This document shows positions 1 through 13,180 of a stretch of 64,000 nt of DNA, piece after piece. Below the pieces are notes generated by a model, which worked only from the letters and a program-made list of their open reading frames with translations, was not told the origin of the DNA and did not search any database. The stretch comes from Eledone cirrhosa (Eukaryota). How positions within the stretch are numbered: position 1 is the first letter of the stretch; each line of letters opens with the position of its first letter. The DNA lies in NCBI GenBank assembly GCA_964016885.1, contig OZ024741.1, positions 339,574,001-339,638,000 on the forward strand, in the 5' to 3' direction. Position numbers and translations under genes: made by a program.

Positions 1-2204
1 ATCCTCGCCCCCCTTGTCACCACCCTCCCCTCCCACATCTCCGACACCAACCACGCCCTGCGCCTTTTCGACTCCTTCACCTACCCACCCGGCCCACAGC
101 CCTTCCGCTTCACCCTAGACATCAAGTCCTTCTATACCGTCATCCCCCACGCCGACGGCCTACGCGCCCTCAAACACTACCTCGACCTTCGCCCCTCCCC
201 CATTCCCTCCACCCCACCCTTCTTCGCCTTGCCGAGCTGGTCCTCACCCTCAATTGTTTCTCCTTCTCGGGTGAGTTTTATCAACAGGTCACGGGGGTAG
301 CCATGGGTACAAGAATGGGCCCGAACTATGCCAACCTTTTTGTTGGCCATGTTGAGGCCCAAATCTTTGCCCAGTACACCGGCCCCACGCCTGAACTGTA
401 CGGTCGTTACTCTCACCCGCGCCCGTGCTGTCCACCGCTCCACCAACCTCCCCCCACCCCCCACCCCACCGCACCCCTCCACCGCACCCCTCCACCGCAC
501 CATCCGCCACCTCTTCCGACGCCTCCAGTCCGACCCCTCCACCTCCCACATCTTCCCAACCCCACCACTCCCCTCCTTCAAACGCGCACGCAATCTCCGC
601 ACCCTCCTCGTCCACAGCTCCCTACCCCCCAACCCACGCTCTTTTCCCCCCCGGTTCCTTTCCCTGTTCTAGGCCCCGCTGCAACACCTGTCCCCACATC
701 ACCAACACCACCACCTTCCAGGGTCCCAACGGCCACTCTCTCTCTGTCCGGCATGCCTTCCGCTGCACCTCCTCCAACCTAGTCTACGGAATTCGCTGCA
801 CGGAATGCAGCGCGACTTACGTCGGACAGACGGGACGTCGCCTGGCGGACCGATTCACTGAGCACCTCCGGGATATTCGTCTCGGTGGCAGTTCCACCAT
901 CGCCCGCCACTTTGGTGCCCCTGGACATTCCGCACGCCATCTCACAGTCTGTGGCCTACTCCAATGCCACGGAACACCCGCCAATCTCCTCAGAGTTGAA
1001 CAAAGAACCATCTCATCTTACAGACCCACACTCCCCCCAGCCTGAACTCCCCACCCTTATTCATTTAGCCTTCGACCCCCCCCCCCCCACATATACCCCA
1101 CTAACACCACTAACACACCCCTCCTTTTCACCGCCCACCCCACAACTAACAATACTAACACCTCCATTCCACCCCTCATCCGACCACCCTTCCCCAACTA
1201 ACATCCCTCCCTTCTTCTCCTCCCCCTCCTTATCACACGCACAAACTCACCGGCACATATATACACGTGCTCACACTAAACACACACCCTACTACCACCA
1301 CTAACCCTCACCCCCGCACATCCATCCCACCACCCCGCAACTAACATCACTAACAGCCCCCGACCCCAAGCACACGAACACACGCACCCACTTACACCAC
1401 CCACCCCACACGCAACTAACATCACTAACACCCCCCAACCCCACGCACACGTACCCACACACCCTCGGTCACCACCAACTCTACACACCCTACCACCACT
1501 AACCCCCACTCACACCTGCATTCAACCCTTTCTCCACCTCCCGTATACTAACACCCACTAACACCCTTTTCATCAAACTACACACACACCAGTACACCAC
1601 ACTCCCTCCATCGACCCCCACACCCTTCTCTCCCCGCTCCACCCACACCCTTTCTCCACACTCACTCATCCCACTAACACCTCTACTAATACACACACAC
1701 ACCCTCCTCACTCCAACTTTCACACCTACCCATCCTCGCCCCTTTACCATTCCACCCGACTGCTGCTATGCCCTCTGACCACCTCCCAGCACACACAGAC
1801 ACACAGCACTCCTACCGCCTTGACCACTTCCTGTTGCGCGCGCACCCCACATCTCTCCTCTTCCGACCATATCTCCATGGATTACTCGTATGTGGAGCTT
1901 GACCGCGGAATAAACTACCATCCTAGGAGTTTTTACCAACCTTTCAACCACATCCTCTTACGGAATCACCTTTATAACTCACCCACACATACACCCAAAA
2001 CATTTTTTTTCCCACACGCCACCTACACCCACAACACGCTTAAACCCCACACACACGTGCTTTCCACCATATATTTACACCTTCAGCCTCCGGATTCCTC
2101 TCCCCCCACCCTTCTATCCACACACGCACACATACTCCGACCTACACCCCACCCCACACACACCTCTTCCTGAACATGCAACCCCGTTCTTCCCCCAACC
2201 ATTG

Positions 2205-2239
<35 letters not shown>

Positions 2240-2615
2240 ACACCTACACACACACATCACCTTCAGCCCTCCCCGCTCGGGCACCCCGTCTCCCTCTCCC
2301 CACTCCACCCGCCACCACCCCTACACACCCCACACCCTTCCACCACCTGTTTTACCCCATTTTAATTTAATTTTATTTTGATCATGCTTATATTTTTAAT
2401 TTCATTCGCACCGTTTCCTCCCACCCCCTTTTCGCTATATGTCTCTCCACCACTCCCCTACACGCCCTTTGAACTCTCTTCCCACACACTTTTCACCTGA
2501 AGAAGGGCTTATGCCCGAAACGTCGTTCCCCACCACCACCCCACTCTCCATTTCGTGAAATTAATAAACATTCGTTGTACTGCCTCTCTGTTTTGTTCCT
2601 GTTCAAATTTTCCAT

Positions 2616-2620
<5 letters not shown>
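1..2620 (+). mobile_element. Decayed Penelope-like retroelement (RT + GIY-YIG endonuclease) with C-rich 3' region and terminal hammerhead
   Basis: Frame-hopping translation gives PLE RT motifs (FTLDIKSFYTVIPH; GVAMGTRMGPNYANLF; ELYGRY, followed by a deletion that removes the [Y]IDD catalytic motif) and a CCHH/GIY-YIG region (CSRPRCNTC...NLVYGIRC...YVGQTGRRLADRFTEH, 425-1045). Ends in (TA)n at about 2616. Confidence 0.9.
2494..2527 (+). ncRNA. Minimal type I hammerhead ribozyme motif (PLE-associated)
   Basis: CTGAAGA(2497-2503)-A-GGGC ttat GCCC-GAAA-CG-TC; palindromic ACGT stem III; stem I is weak in this copy. Confidence 0.75.
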
Positions 2621-2642
<22 letters not shown>

Positions 2643-2646
<4 letters not shown>

Positions 2647-3416
2647 CATTATGAAGAGAGAAGAAACATTTAGATACAATTAGTAATAAAATGTATCATA
2701 CCTAAACTGCTCCTAGATTCCTCGACTACGTAGTTTCGTGGCATAAACAAAAACAATACATCATAAAGATATAGAGTCCATGTATATGTGTGTGTCCGCA
2801 TGTATCTGTGTGTTTCTAAATATATTGTTCATAACTCCCTCTGGTCGAGTAATCTTTGAAGTGTGGTGACTGCTGGAAAGCTGCCATTACTCATACTTCT
2901 CACCCCTTCACCACCTCTTCTACGGCTTCGATATGAATACCCCCTCCGCCTCTGCGGTATTTTCTTCGGGGTTATAAGAGGCTTAGCTCTGTTTCTCGAC
3001 CGTTATATCGCGTGACTATCTCCCCCTCCGCCTTTTGGGATTCTTTCTCACGTCGTGTAGACGCGTTCTTGAAGCTAGTAAAATGAGGTATCCTCTTGAT
3101 AAGTCGGCAGACCTCGCAAGGACTCTATATCTTTATGATGTATTGTTTTTGTTTATGCCACGAAACTACGTAGTCGAGGAATCTAGGAGCAGTTTAGGTA
3201 ATACATTTTATTACTAATTATATCTAAATGTTTCTTCTCTCTTCATAATGTATTTTTAACTCTGATACTGGTTCAGTCTAATTCAACCGGATTGGTCTGT
3301 CCCAGTCATTCATTGAGCAACATCGGTAAGGTTGGCACCATTAACTCACGGTTGAGTGTGGATGCATTCATGTATATGTGTGTGTCCGCATGTATCTGTG
3401 TGTTTCTAAATATATT
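2643..3416 (+). mobile_element. About 590-nt non-coding HHR element (retrozyme-like) with terminal redundancy and inverted 5' arm
   Basis: 48-bp direct repeat at 2779-2826 and 3369-3416 (period 590); 2643-2779 is an inverted copy of 3120-3254; (TA)n on both flanks; hammerhead at 3091-3180. Confidence 0.75.
3091..3180 (+). ncRNA. Type I hammerhead ribozyme, U3-A8 core variant
   Basis: TCCTC-TTGATAA-GT(C)GGCA...TGCCAC-GAAA-CTACGTAG-TC-GAGGA: stem I TCCTC/GAGGA, stem II with a large loop, palindromic stem III ACTACGTAGT, GUC cleavage triplet. Confidence 0.7.
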
Positions 3417-3526
3417 ATATATATATATATATATATAAGAACGAAGTGGAGGTGTTACATCATTGAGTGCTGACTTTGGTACCCTCACCAGTTTTCTACG
3501 GATTTACTGAACCTTCTGCTCCAATA

Positions 3527-3584
<58 letters not shown>

Positions 3585-3585
3585 C

Positions 3586-3646
<61 letters not shown>

Positions 3647-3951
3647 TGTGTGTGCAATTAATAAATTAACAATACATTGAGAAAGGTGGTGCAAATTAAA
3701 CAGTAAATATAATAGAACAAGTGAAGAGTAAAGTAAGAATGACGAAACAAAACACTATTCGTTACCTTATATTTCATATTTCAAACTTAGAACCACCTCT
3801 TTAGCAAATGTAGAACAATCAGAGCGTCATCTTCTTACGAATTGTCTTCATTTGATAAAAAGTTGCTGGCCTAGAAATATGAAATATGGAATAAAAACTA
3901 TTGTTTTATCGTGTCATTCTTACTTAATTCCACCTGGTTTCATTATTACAG

Positions 3952-4360
3952 ATCCTTACGGGGTCGATAAAATAAAGTACCAGTAATGTACTGAGATAAT
4001 TGCTGGCCTTGTGCCAAAAAGTAGAAACAATTATTACAGAGGGCGGTGAATTGGCAGTATCGGTAGAGGGTCGGACATGCTTTCCAGCACAGTTACGTCC
4101 CTTTACGATCTGAGTTCAAATCCCGCCGAGGTTAACTTTGCCTTTCATCCTTACGGGGTAGATAAAATAAAGTACCAGTAATGTACTGGGTAATTGCTGG
4201 CCTTGTGCCATAAGTAGAAACAATTATTACAGTTACGGCCCTTTATGGTCTGAGTTCAAATCCCGTCGAGGTTAACTTTGCCTTTCATCCTTACGAGGTC
4301 GATAAAATAAAGTACCAGTAATGTACTGGCCTTGTGCCAAAAGTAGAAACAATTATTATA
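3952..4360 (+). mobile_element. Tandem/nested tRNA-derived SINE copies
   Basis: A-box-like TGGCAGTATCGG, B-box GAGTTCAAATCC, core GCCTTTCATCCTTACGGGGTCGATAAAATAAAGTACCAG, tail AGTAGAAACAATTATTA; one full copy (about 4041-4230) plus two partial copies. Confidence 0.85.
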
Positions 4361-4809
4361 TTTCGCAAGAATAACAAGACAAACACAGAGATGCAATAAT
4401 ACAAAGTAATATTAGTTTCATGCTTGTTGGAAATAAAGATAAATAAATGTTTCAGGGTATCGGAGCTTAGTCCTTCGTCCGGAAAGAGCAAAGTTGAGAG
4501 AGAGAGAGAGAGAGAGAGAAAGAGGGGTGGTTGGAAGGTTGGAGAACATTTTTTACGATGGGTGGGTGGTGGAGAGACCGGGTCTATTACTGTTATGGGT
4601 GTGTAGGTGGAGTCCATTTGGTGGGTGTTCATGTCATTCATGATATTTCTCCATTGACTGTATGTATCCATTTGCATTGTACCGGCTTTCCCGATATCTT
4701 AATTACATATCTCACAATACTTCATATATCGCACACACACACAAATATATATACATATATACATCACACACACACGCACAGACACACACACACTCACACA
4801 CACACACAA

Positions 4810-4860
<51 letters not shown>

Positions 4861-4864
<4 letters not shown>

Positions 4865-4939
4865 GTGTCCCACAAAAAATTATACACACTTTGATTACCT
4901 GTACAGGCAATATCTATTAGAATGCTGTTGAAGTGGGAC

Positions 4940-4945
<6 letters not shown>
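4861..4945. mobile_element. Small Tc1/mariner-type MITE
   Basis: Imperfect TIRs CAGAGTGTCCCAC / GTGGGACACCCT, flanked by TA within (TA)n. Confidence 0.55.
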
Positions 4946-5015
<70 letters not shown>

Positions 5016-5194
5016 TATATATATATATATATGTATATATATCTGTATATATATATATATATATAAATACATATACATATATATATATGTATGTATATAC
5101 AAACATATATATATATATATATATATAAATACATATATATATATATATATATGTATGTATATACAAAGATATATATATATATACGCACACACAT

Positions 5195-5262
<68 letters not shown>

Positions 5263-5880
5263 TTATATATCAATTGAGAGGCGAAACGGAAATAACGAGT
5301 TGGTTGTTAGTTAATGAAATCGGCTTACAAAGTAGACAGATCTTTCAACTTTTTGGCGTCAAGGCAAAAGTCCATTCAAATAAAAGAGGTTCTTGGTAAT
5401 AAAAGGTACAAAAAGGTTGAGAATTGCTCTTCTAGTTAGTTATTCACTTTTTTTATTATTTATTTACATTGATTTAGACACATCACAGCTAAACCAATCA
5501 TTGATATGCACCACCTTAATAATCATATACATGCTCTAGGTCTTTTGTGTCATTAATTTGTATACACAGGACTCCAATGTCTTTGTTGTGTATTGGTTTT
5601 CTGTGTAAGAGGTGTGTTTGGCCTGGAATCGCGTTTCTTATATATTGCTTCTTTGAAATTTGATCCAGCACCTAAGTTTGAGAATGTTGAATTGTTTGCA
5701 CCGTGGAATTCTTTCTCCGAGTTTTGTGATTGATCTTACGACTGCGGGGAGTTGGTTTCGGTTTGCCATTGCGGGGAGACAGCTCATTCTGGAAATAAGA
5801 ACAAAAAGTACACACAATTACATATATAAATACAAATGTACATATATGCACATATCTCCCCTTCTCTTTCTGTCTGTCTG

Positions 5881-5990
<110 letters not shown>

Positions 5991-6244
5991 AATAACGTTT
6001 TCCCAACAGTATTTGAATTGTTTATACTTTTCGCACTCCTACTATGATTTCATGGGCTTGTATGGTCAATATTATTTGTATGTAATCGATTCTAATGAGC
6101 TTATTATACCAGGGATGGAATATTCCAGTCATTTTAACGAAACGGTCATAATTTAAATGGTTTAATTAAAATCTTTGTTAATCCTTATAATAATTCTTAA
6201 TTTTTGCTGGACCGGAAACTACTCTGTTTAATCAGTTCTTAAAC

Positions 6245-7360
6245 ATCACTGGAATTCTATAAGAATCCAGCTTCTATAAATCTTGGCGGACGCGAAGGGA
6301 TATGCAATCTTGATAACCGCTAACGAGCGAGAAACAGCTTTGTTTTTGCCGAAAAATTTGAAGCAATTACTAACAAAGGCAAAGTTTGACCTTAACAACA
6401 AAGACCAATCATTCACTGTATCTAAATGCAATGATAGTCGATGTGACACATGTCAATCCATACACACCGGTCAATATATGAACACAAAAACTGGATAATA
6501 TTCCCAAATGCAAATATGAACTGCAAAAGCAGAAATCTAATTTACTGCATTAAATGCCCGAATTGTGAAGAACTATATGTCGGTCAAACTGGAAATGTAC
6601 TATCGGAACGTGCACGGGTGCACCGACAGCAAATCAGAGACCTAAATGTCCGTCAGATACCCTGAGTAACCATCTAGCAACATGTGGTCAGAAAATATTT
6701 ATAATATTTCCATTCTACAAATTACACAGCCCAAGTGAAATCAAGAGAAAAATTAAAGAAAAGAATTTTACTGATAAATTCCAACCCAAGCTAACTGAAC
6801 AATAATAATGCTTAGGGGTATTACTCCTACTATGACTACGCCTACGACCATGTCGACTACCACAACTAACAACAACAACAACAACAACAATAATAATAAT
6901 AAAAGTGATGTTGATGGTGATGATTACTGAAGACTTTTTTATAAAAACCCTAGAAAATGCTATTTTCCTAATTTCTAAAAATAGCAAAACAATTGATGCT
7001 TTGGATAGGGTCAAATAGAAGTCGTTAGACATGCTCAACCAACCGTGACCCCTAAACCAATCAGCTTTAGTCATCCAGTGAAACTACACACCGATTGGTC
7101 GAAATACAGTTTGCAAAACTTAGCATTCTGTAGCCGCTTTTCACTGTATATAAGGCACAAAATTTACCCATCTCATTACAGTTGAAAATTGCAAACTTGA
7201 CTGTGACCCCAGAATGTGAACCTGAAGATTGCGAAAGCATGAAAGTACTTGTTCAATTAACATTTAATATTCTACCATACTATTTCATTCTAATACCATT
7301 ATAATTTTAAAGGATTGTAAATAAAACGAGTAAATCAGACAGAGTTGGAATTCCTTTTAT
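6245..7360 (+). mobile_element. Second Penelope-like element fragment (GIY-YIG end and 3' region)
   Basis: PKNLKQLLTKAKF...CNDSRCDTC and NCKSRNLIYCIKCPNCEELYVGQTG...RARVH across frameshifts/stops; hammerhead at 7217-7255; ends in (TA)n. Confidence 0.85.
7217..7255 (+). ncRNA. Minimal type I hammerhead motif (PLE-associated)
   Basis: TGAAC-CTGAAGA-T-TGC gaaa GCA-T-GAAA-GTAC-TT-GTTCA; stem I TGAAC/GTTCA; palindromic stem III AGTACT. Confidence 0.7.
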
Positions 7361-7361
7361 T

Positions 7362-7392
<31 letters not shown>

Positions 7393-7410
7393 CATCGGGA
7401 ATTTTACCCG

Positions 7411-7468
<58 letters not shown>

Positions 7469-7539
7469 GTGTATATATATATATATATACACACACTCAT
7501 ACGTGCATACATGCAACATGAATAGTTATATCAACTTAC

Positions 7540-9954
7540 GTTTTGCCTTGACGGTATTGCTGTCTGGATATGTAACGGTGAGATACAGTCATCACTCTCT
7601 GATTCACCTTCCTCCTGTACATCAATACAAGAGTCAGCAAGCTGCACATTCCAGGTAGTGTTCTTGTCATTGGTTAGCTCGGGTAATCTTATGTCGACCT
7701 GTGATACGGCTGTCAGAGGCAAGCATTTCAAACGTTTCCCTTCTCGGCGTCTGTTTCCCACATCTACGTTACTAGCACGTGAACGTCTTCTCCGGTCCTC
7801 TCTAGATATCAGACATATTGTGGCCGATACCACGACACAAACTGAACCAATCACAGCGACAATCACTATAACGACTAATAGATTTTTATGAATTTTAATA
7901 TTTGCGCCGATTTGAACTGCTGTTAATGTTTTAGATGTGGCATTATTGAACGGTAATACCAATGAAAGGTTTGTCACTGTATGTAATACAGGGCTGCCGC
8001 CGTCTTTGACTTTTATCTGTAGACTATGTGTCCTGGCATCATTTTCTAAAGGAACGCGACTAAACGTTAATTGGCCATTGTAACGATTTAGTAAGAATAA
8101 CTTGCCTTCATTTCCTTGAATTATTTCATACGTTAGAAAGGCGTTCTTTCCAATGTCTTTGTCTGTGGCCATGAGAATAGTGATGTTTCTATCATTCTGT
8201 GCTCGATAATAGGTATTCATGAAGAAGGGGTTAACACTTGGGAAGGTAAAATAAGGAGCATTGTCATTTTCATCCATGATTTCAATGGTGACACTAACTG
8301 TATTATTTAGCGAAGGTACTCCAAGGTCCTTGACAAAAACTCGCAAATGATAAATATCTTGTTGTTCACGGTCTAGTGATAACCTTGTAGATATGTACCC
8401 ATAACTAGTGATCTGGAAAGGCGAGAATGTTCCATTGAGATTCAACAGAGAATAAGAAAGTCTACCTCCAGCTCTCATGTCTGGATCTGAAGCATTAACA
8501 AAACCAACAGGAAAGTTACTGTTCTGGTTTTCATAGGTCCAAAATCTAAAAGATTTTCTGGAAAATCTTGGAGGTACATCGTTGACGTCTATTACACGTA
8601 TGAAAAATTTAGTCTTGGACCACAAAGGCGGCGAACCTCTGTCCTTGCAAGCTACTGTGACGTTATAGCTATCCTTTGTTTCACGGTCGAGTGGGTTTTT
8701 AATAATAATTTTGTATTTTTTCTTACCGTGATTCTGCAAATGGAAGCTGTTGTGACGAAGTGTACAAACTACTTCTCCGTTTAACCCACTATCGGTGTCT
8801 GTCACTTCAACATAACCAATGAAGTTCCCCACCTTGATAGCTTCTGAAATAGCTGCTATATTATAAGCTGCTGTAGAACCTCTTAAGGTAACCAATATTT
8901 TGGGGTAGTGATTCTCAGTGTTTACAATCTTAACCAAGACATCAGCAAATGAACTGCGGGGAGGGTGACCACCGTCGACTGCTTGCACGAATAATTTAAA
9001 GTAAATGTTTTTATTTGGTACCAGTTTCTTTATAAGGTAAATAATTCCGGTTGTTTTATTTAGACTGAAATAGTCTCTTGTCAGATTTGAAGTCTGTGTA
9101 GTAAAATAATATGTAAGCTGAGCATTTTCACCAATATCGGCATCAGAAGCTAATAGTCTGACGATAAATTCTCCAGGTAATACAACTTTGTTGATTAGAA
9201 CATTATAAGCATCTGGTTGGAATATTGGAGTATTATCATTTTCATCTGTAACTGTTATTTGGACATGAAGAAACGTACGTTTCGGGGGTTTTCCTCCATC
9301 TTCAGCAACAACCTTAAGATAATATGTATCTTTGGTTTCCCTATCGAGTTTCACTTCGACAACGATATTTATCACAGAAATTCCATTTACGGTATTTACC
9401 ACAGAGAGAGAGAAATGTTTATCTGCATTATTGTGTAAATAATAAGTAATATTTGAGTTTAAAGCACCAATGTCCCTGTCGATGGCATTGGGAATGGAGT
9501 GGTGAGTTCCTTTTCGATCTCCTTCAGAAAAATTGAGGTATATTTTTTCGCGAATAAATTCAGGCCTACAGTCATTGATGTCTAGTACTATGACTTTTAC
9601 CTTCAATATGTCCATAAATAACTGACCATTCTTGATAGCTATGTTGACTGTTAAGAAACATTCTGTGTTCTGTTCACACAATGCTTCAGAGTCTATGGTT
9701 TGGCTGGTAAAAAGTTTTCCAGTAAACTCTGTTACATTAAGCAATGATGTATTTTCGTCTGTTTCTACATCTTCTAGCAAACTGAATCGAATCTGGATCC
9801 TATCCTTTACGGATAGCTTTGCAAAAATGTGTGAGTCCTTAGCGATATCTCCTAAATGTGTACCCGGGGGTTTACCTTCTTCAACCGAGTAAACAAGGTC
9901 CACACATGTGCAACTTTGAATCACATAAAAGAAAAGAGACATTTTAAACAGCAT
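7540..9954 (-). CDS. Protocadherin, large coding exon (signal peptide, 6 cadherin repeats, TM, start of cytoplasmic tail)
   Basis: ORF 7531-10149 with DINDCRP, LDRE, DENDNTP, DADIGENA, DVNDVPP and DENDNAP motifs; TM LLVVIVIVAVIGSVCVVVSATICLI; likely start MLFKMSLFFYVIQSCTC (ATG 9954; upstream ATGs possible). Splice donor AAC|GTAAGT at 7540/7539; polypyrimidine-CAG acceptor puts the exon start at 10225. Confidence 0.93.
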
Positions 9955-10274
9955 TTTGTTCGTCTGTATCAGAGCAACAAAATGTCGCAGAAATGCCCTA
10001 CAGATGTTTATCCAGGTCATAAAAACTGTATAACGTACTATTGTCTGACATAGGTGTGGACAGATGACAACTGTTTCGCATTCTTCTGGTCTCATCATAG
10101 CTGCAATGACATATCGTGCGAACATCCCGCATAGATTCGGCTTCATCATAGCTATGACGTGTCGTTCTACTTACATCTAATCGCATCATATGGAAGACAT
10201 GTCGTAACATAGTCATATATTACACCTGGAACTGGAAGGAAAGGAAAGAAATAGAATGAATATAAGTAAATTGA

Positions 10275-11559
10275 AAACCACCACCATCGCCACCACCACC
10301 ACCATCATACATATCATCATCATCACCATCACCACCACTACCAACACCACCACCACCATGCACATCATCATCATCACCATCATCACCATCACCACCACTA
10401 CCACTACCACCATCACCACCACCACCATCATACACATCATCATCATCATCACCACCACCACCACCACCACCATACCACCACCACCATACCACCACCACCA
10501 TACCACCACCACCACCACCACCAACACCATCATCCTCATCACCACCACCATACCACCATACCACCACCACCACCACCATCCCCCCACCACCACCACCAAC
10601 AACATACCACCACTACCACCACCACCACCAACACCATAATCCTCATCACCACCACCACCATACCACCAAACCACCACCACCACCATACCACCACTACCAC
10701 CACCACCACCAACACCATCATCCTCATCACCACCGCCACCATACCACCACCATCACCACCACCACCACCATACCACCACCACCATACCACCACTACCACC
10801 ACCACCACCACCAACACCATCATCCTCATGACCACCACCACCATACCACCATCACCACCACCATACCACCACCACCACCACCATACCACCACCACCACCA
10901 CCACCACCACCACCACCATACCACCACCACCATACCACCACCACCACAACCACCACAACCACCACCACCACCACCATACCACCACCACCATACCACAACT
11001 ACCACCACCACCACCATCACCACCACCATACCACCACCACCATACCTCCACCACCATACCACAACTACCACCACCGCCACCATACCACCACCACCACCAT
11101 CACCACCACCATACCACCACCACCATACCACAACTACCACCACCACCACCATCACCACCACCATACCACCACCACCACCACCATACCTCCACCACCATAC
11201 CTCCACCACCATACCACCACCACCATACCACCACTACCACCACCACCACCACCACCATACCACCACCACCATACCACCACCACCACCACCACCACCACCA
11301 CCACCACCACCACCACCACCATACCACCACCACCATACCACCACCACCACCAACACCATCATCTTCATCACCACCACCACCATACCACCACCACCATACC
11401 ACCACCCCCATCACCACCACCATCAACATCCTCCTCCTCAACATCATCATCATCATCATTAACAATAGCAATGTTGTGTGAGATGTTTGACAGATGTCTT
11501 GGACAGCCATTGATTGACTTGTTCTGTCTCACTCAGTAAGATGGACGATTGTTGGACAG

Positions 11560-11600
<41 letters not shown>

Positions 11601-11658
11601 GCAGCAACAACAGCAACAACAACAGCAACAACAAAAACAACAGCAACAACAACAATAA

Positions 11659-11689
<31 letters not shown>

Positions 11690-11852
11690 AGCAGCAGCAA
11701 CTACAACAACAACCAAAACAATATCAGCAAAATCAATGGAAATAGCAGCAGCAGAATCTACAACAGCTGCATCAACAACAATATACATCCACTACCATCA
11801 TCACCACCATACCGCCATCACCACCACCACTACTACTACCACCAGCATCACT

Positions 11853-11899
<47 letters not shown>

Positions 11900-11900
11900 A
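10275..11900. repeat. Compound (CAC)n/(CAT)n/(CAA)n microsatellite tract
   Basis: Trinucleotide runs are directly visible; the ORFs here are low-complexity artefacts. Confidence 0.95.
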
Positions 11901-11986
11901 ATTGGCAGTTTAGTGAGAGAAAGAAAGAAAGAAGAGAGAGAGAGAATGAAGAGAAAGAGATAGAAGAAAAATGGAGGATAGATAGA

Positions 11987-12746
11987 TTTCTTTATTTGCC
12001 ACAAGGGCGCACAAGTAAAGGGGACAATACAAAGACATGCCGGGGATTTTACATACAATCGTGTAAAAATATAAAACAAACAATTATAACAATCGAAACC
12101 CCCAATAGGGGGGAGGTGTCACAAATGGGTTGTTTAATACCCCGTCGATAGAACAACCCTCAACTTCAGGAGCGTGTTGTGCAAGTGCTCCTTTCTTCCT
12201 TTTTCTCTCTTCTTCAACCTACAAGTTTATATACAGAGAAGGCCCAATCACTCGGGCCATTTTTGCCACATTCACCCACCTTTCAGTAAATTTACTGGGG
12301 TGCTGTGCCACTCTCTCCACTCTGATTCTCCTTCTAAAGTGATAGTTAAAGAAGGGAATCAATTGTTGTCCGGAGAGAAAGGCATCTGTCTTTCACCATA
12401 GCCACTGTACAGAGGAAAACCGCCTCTCTTTCGTTTTTGAAAGAGGCTGGTGGTTTGATCCTTACTATGGACTCGGCAGTCAACTGGATTTGTCCCATAC
12501 GCGACAGCAGTTGTTCTGCAGAGTTCCACAGGTCGCTTACGCCCAGAAAGTGTACAATTGCGTGCAGGACAGTTTCAATGTCCTGCGCGCATCTTGGACA
12601 CGTCCTCTTGGAAGGATCCCTGCCAGGGCGTCCGTGCCTGTAGATCTTGTCACGAACTGGTAGAGCTCCTCGGTAGCACTGCCAGGCCAGGGACCTCTGG
12701 AAGTTGTCAATAGGTCCCTGGCGGAAAGTCCTACCAAACAGACTGG
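11987..12746 (-). mobile_element. 5'-truncated Tx1/L1-clade LINE (diverged subfamily)
   Basis: Homologous to the ORF2 C-terminus and 3' end (GGCAAATAAAGAAA) of the LINE at 12966; flanked by GATA/GACA repeats. Confidence 0.85.
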
Positions 12747-12928
12747 TGATAGACAGTCAGACAGATAGAGAGATAAAGGGATGGATAAAGAGATAGATGG
12801 ATTTCTCTATTTGTCACAGATAGACAGATAGTTAGCTAGCTTGACCGACAGACAGACAGATAGATAGCAGACAGATCGATATATATAGATAGGTAGATAG
12901 ATACATAGACAGACAAATAGATAGATAT

Positions 12929-12966
<38 letters not shown>

Positions 12967-13180
12967 TTCTTTATTTACCATAAAGGCATAAAAAGAAGGG
13001 ACAAATACAAAGGGGGAGTTTACATATAATCGAGTAAAAAGGGTGTAACATGAAAATAATCGAAAATAACCTCAAAAGGGAGGGGACGTGATGGGGGTTG
13101 CACACACCCCCGAAAAAGTGTGCAATCCTTTGCCCGGGGAGCACATGGAGAAGGTGCTCCCCTCTCCTTTACTTCTTTAC

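Noticed and set aside
3713-3941. Old diverged inverted repeat
   Set aside because: May be a decayed foldback element, but no ribozyme core or TSD is recognisable.
4448-4485. Minus-strand hammerhead-like CGGACGA-AGGACTAAGCTCC-GATAC
   Set aside because: Two core mutations; probably a dead relic, not reported as a ribozyme.
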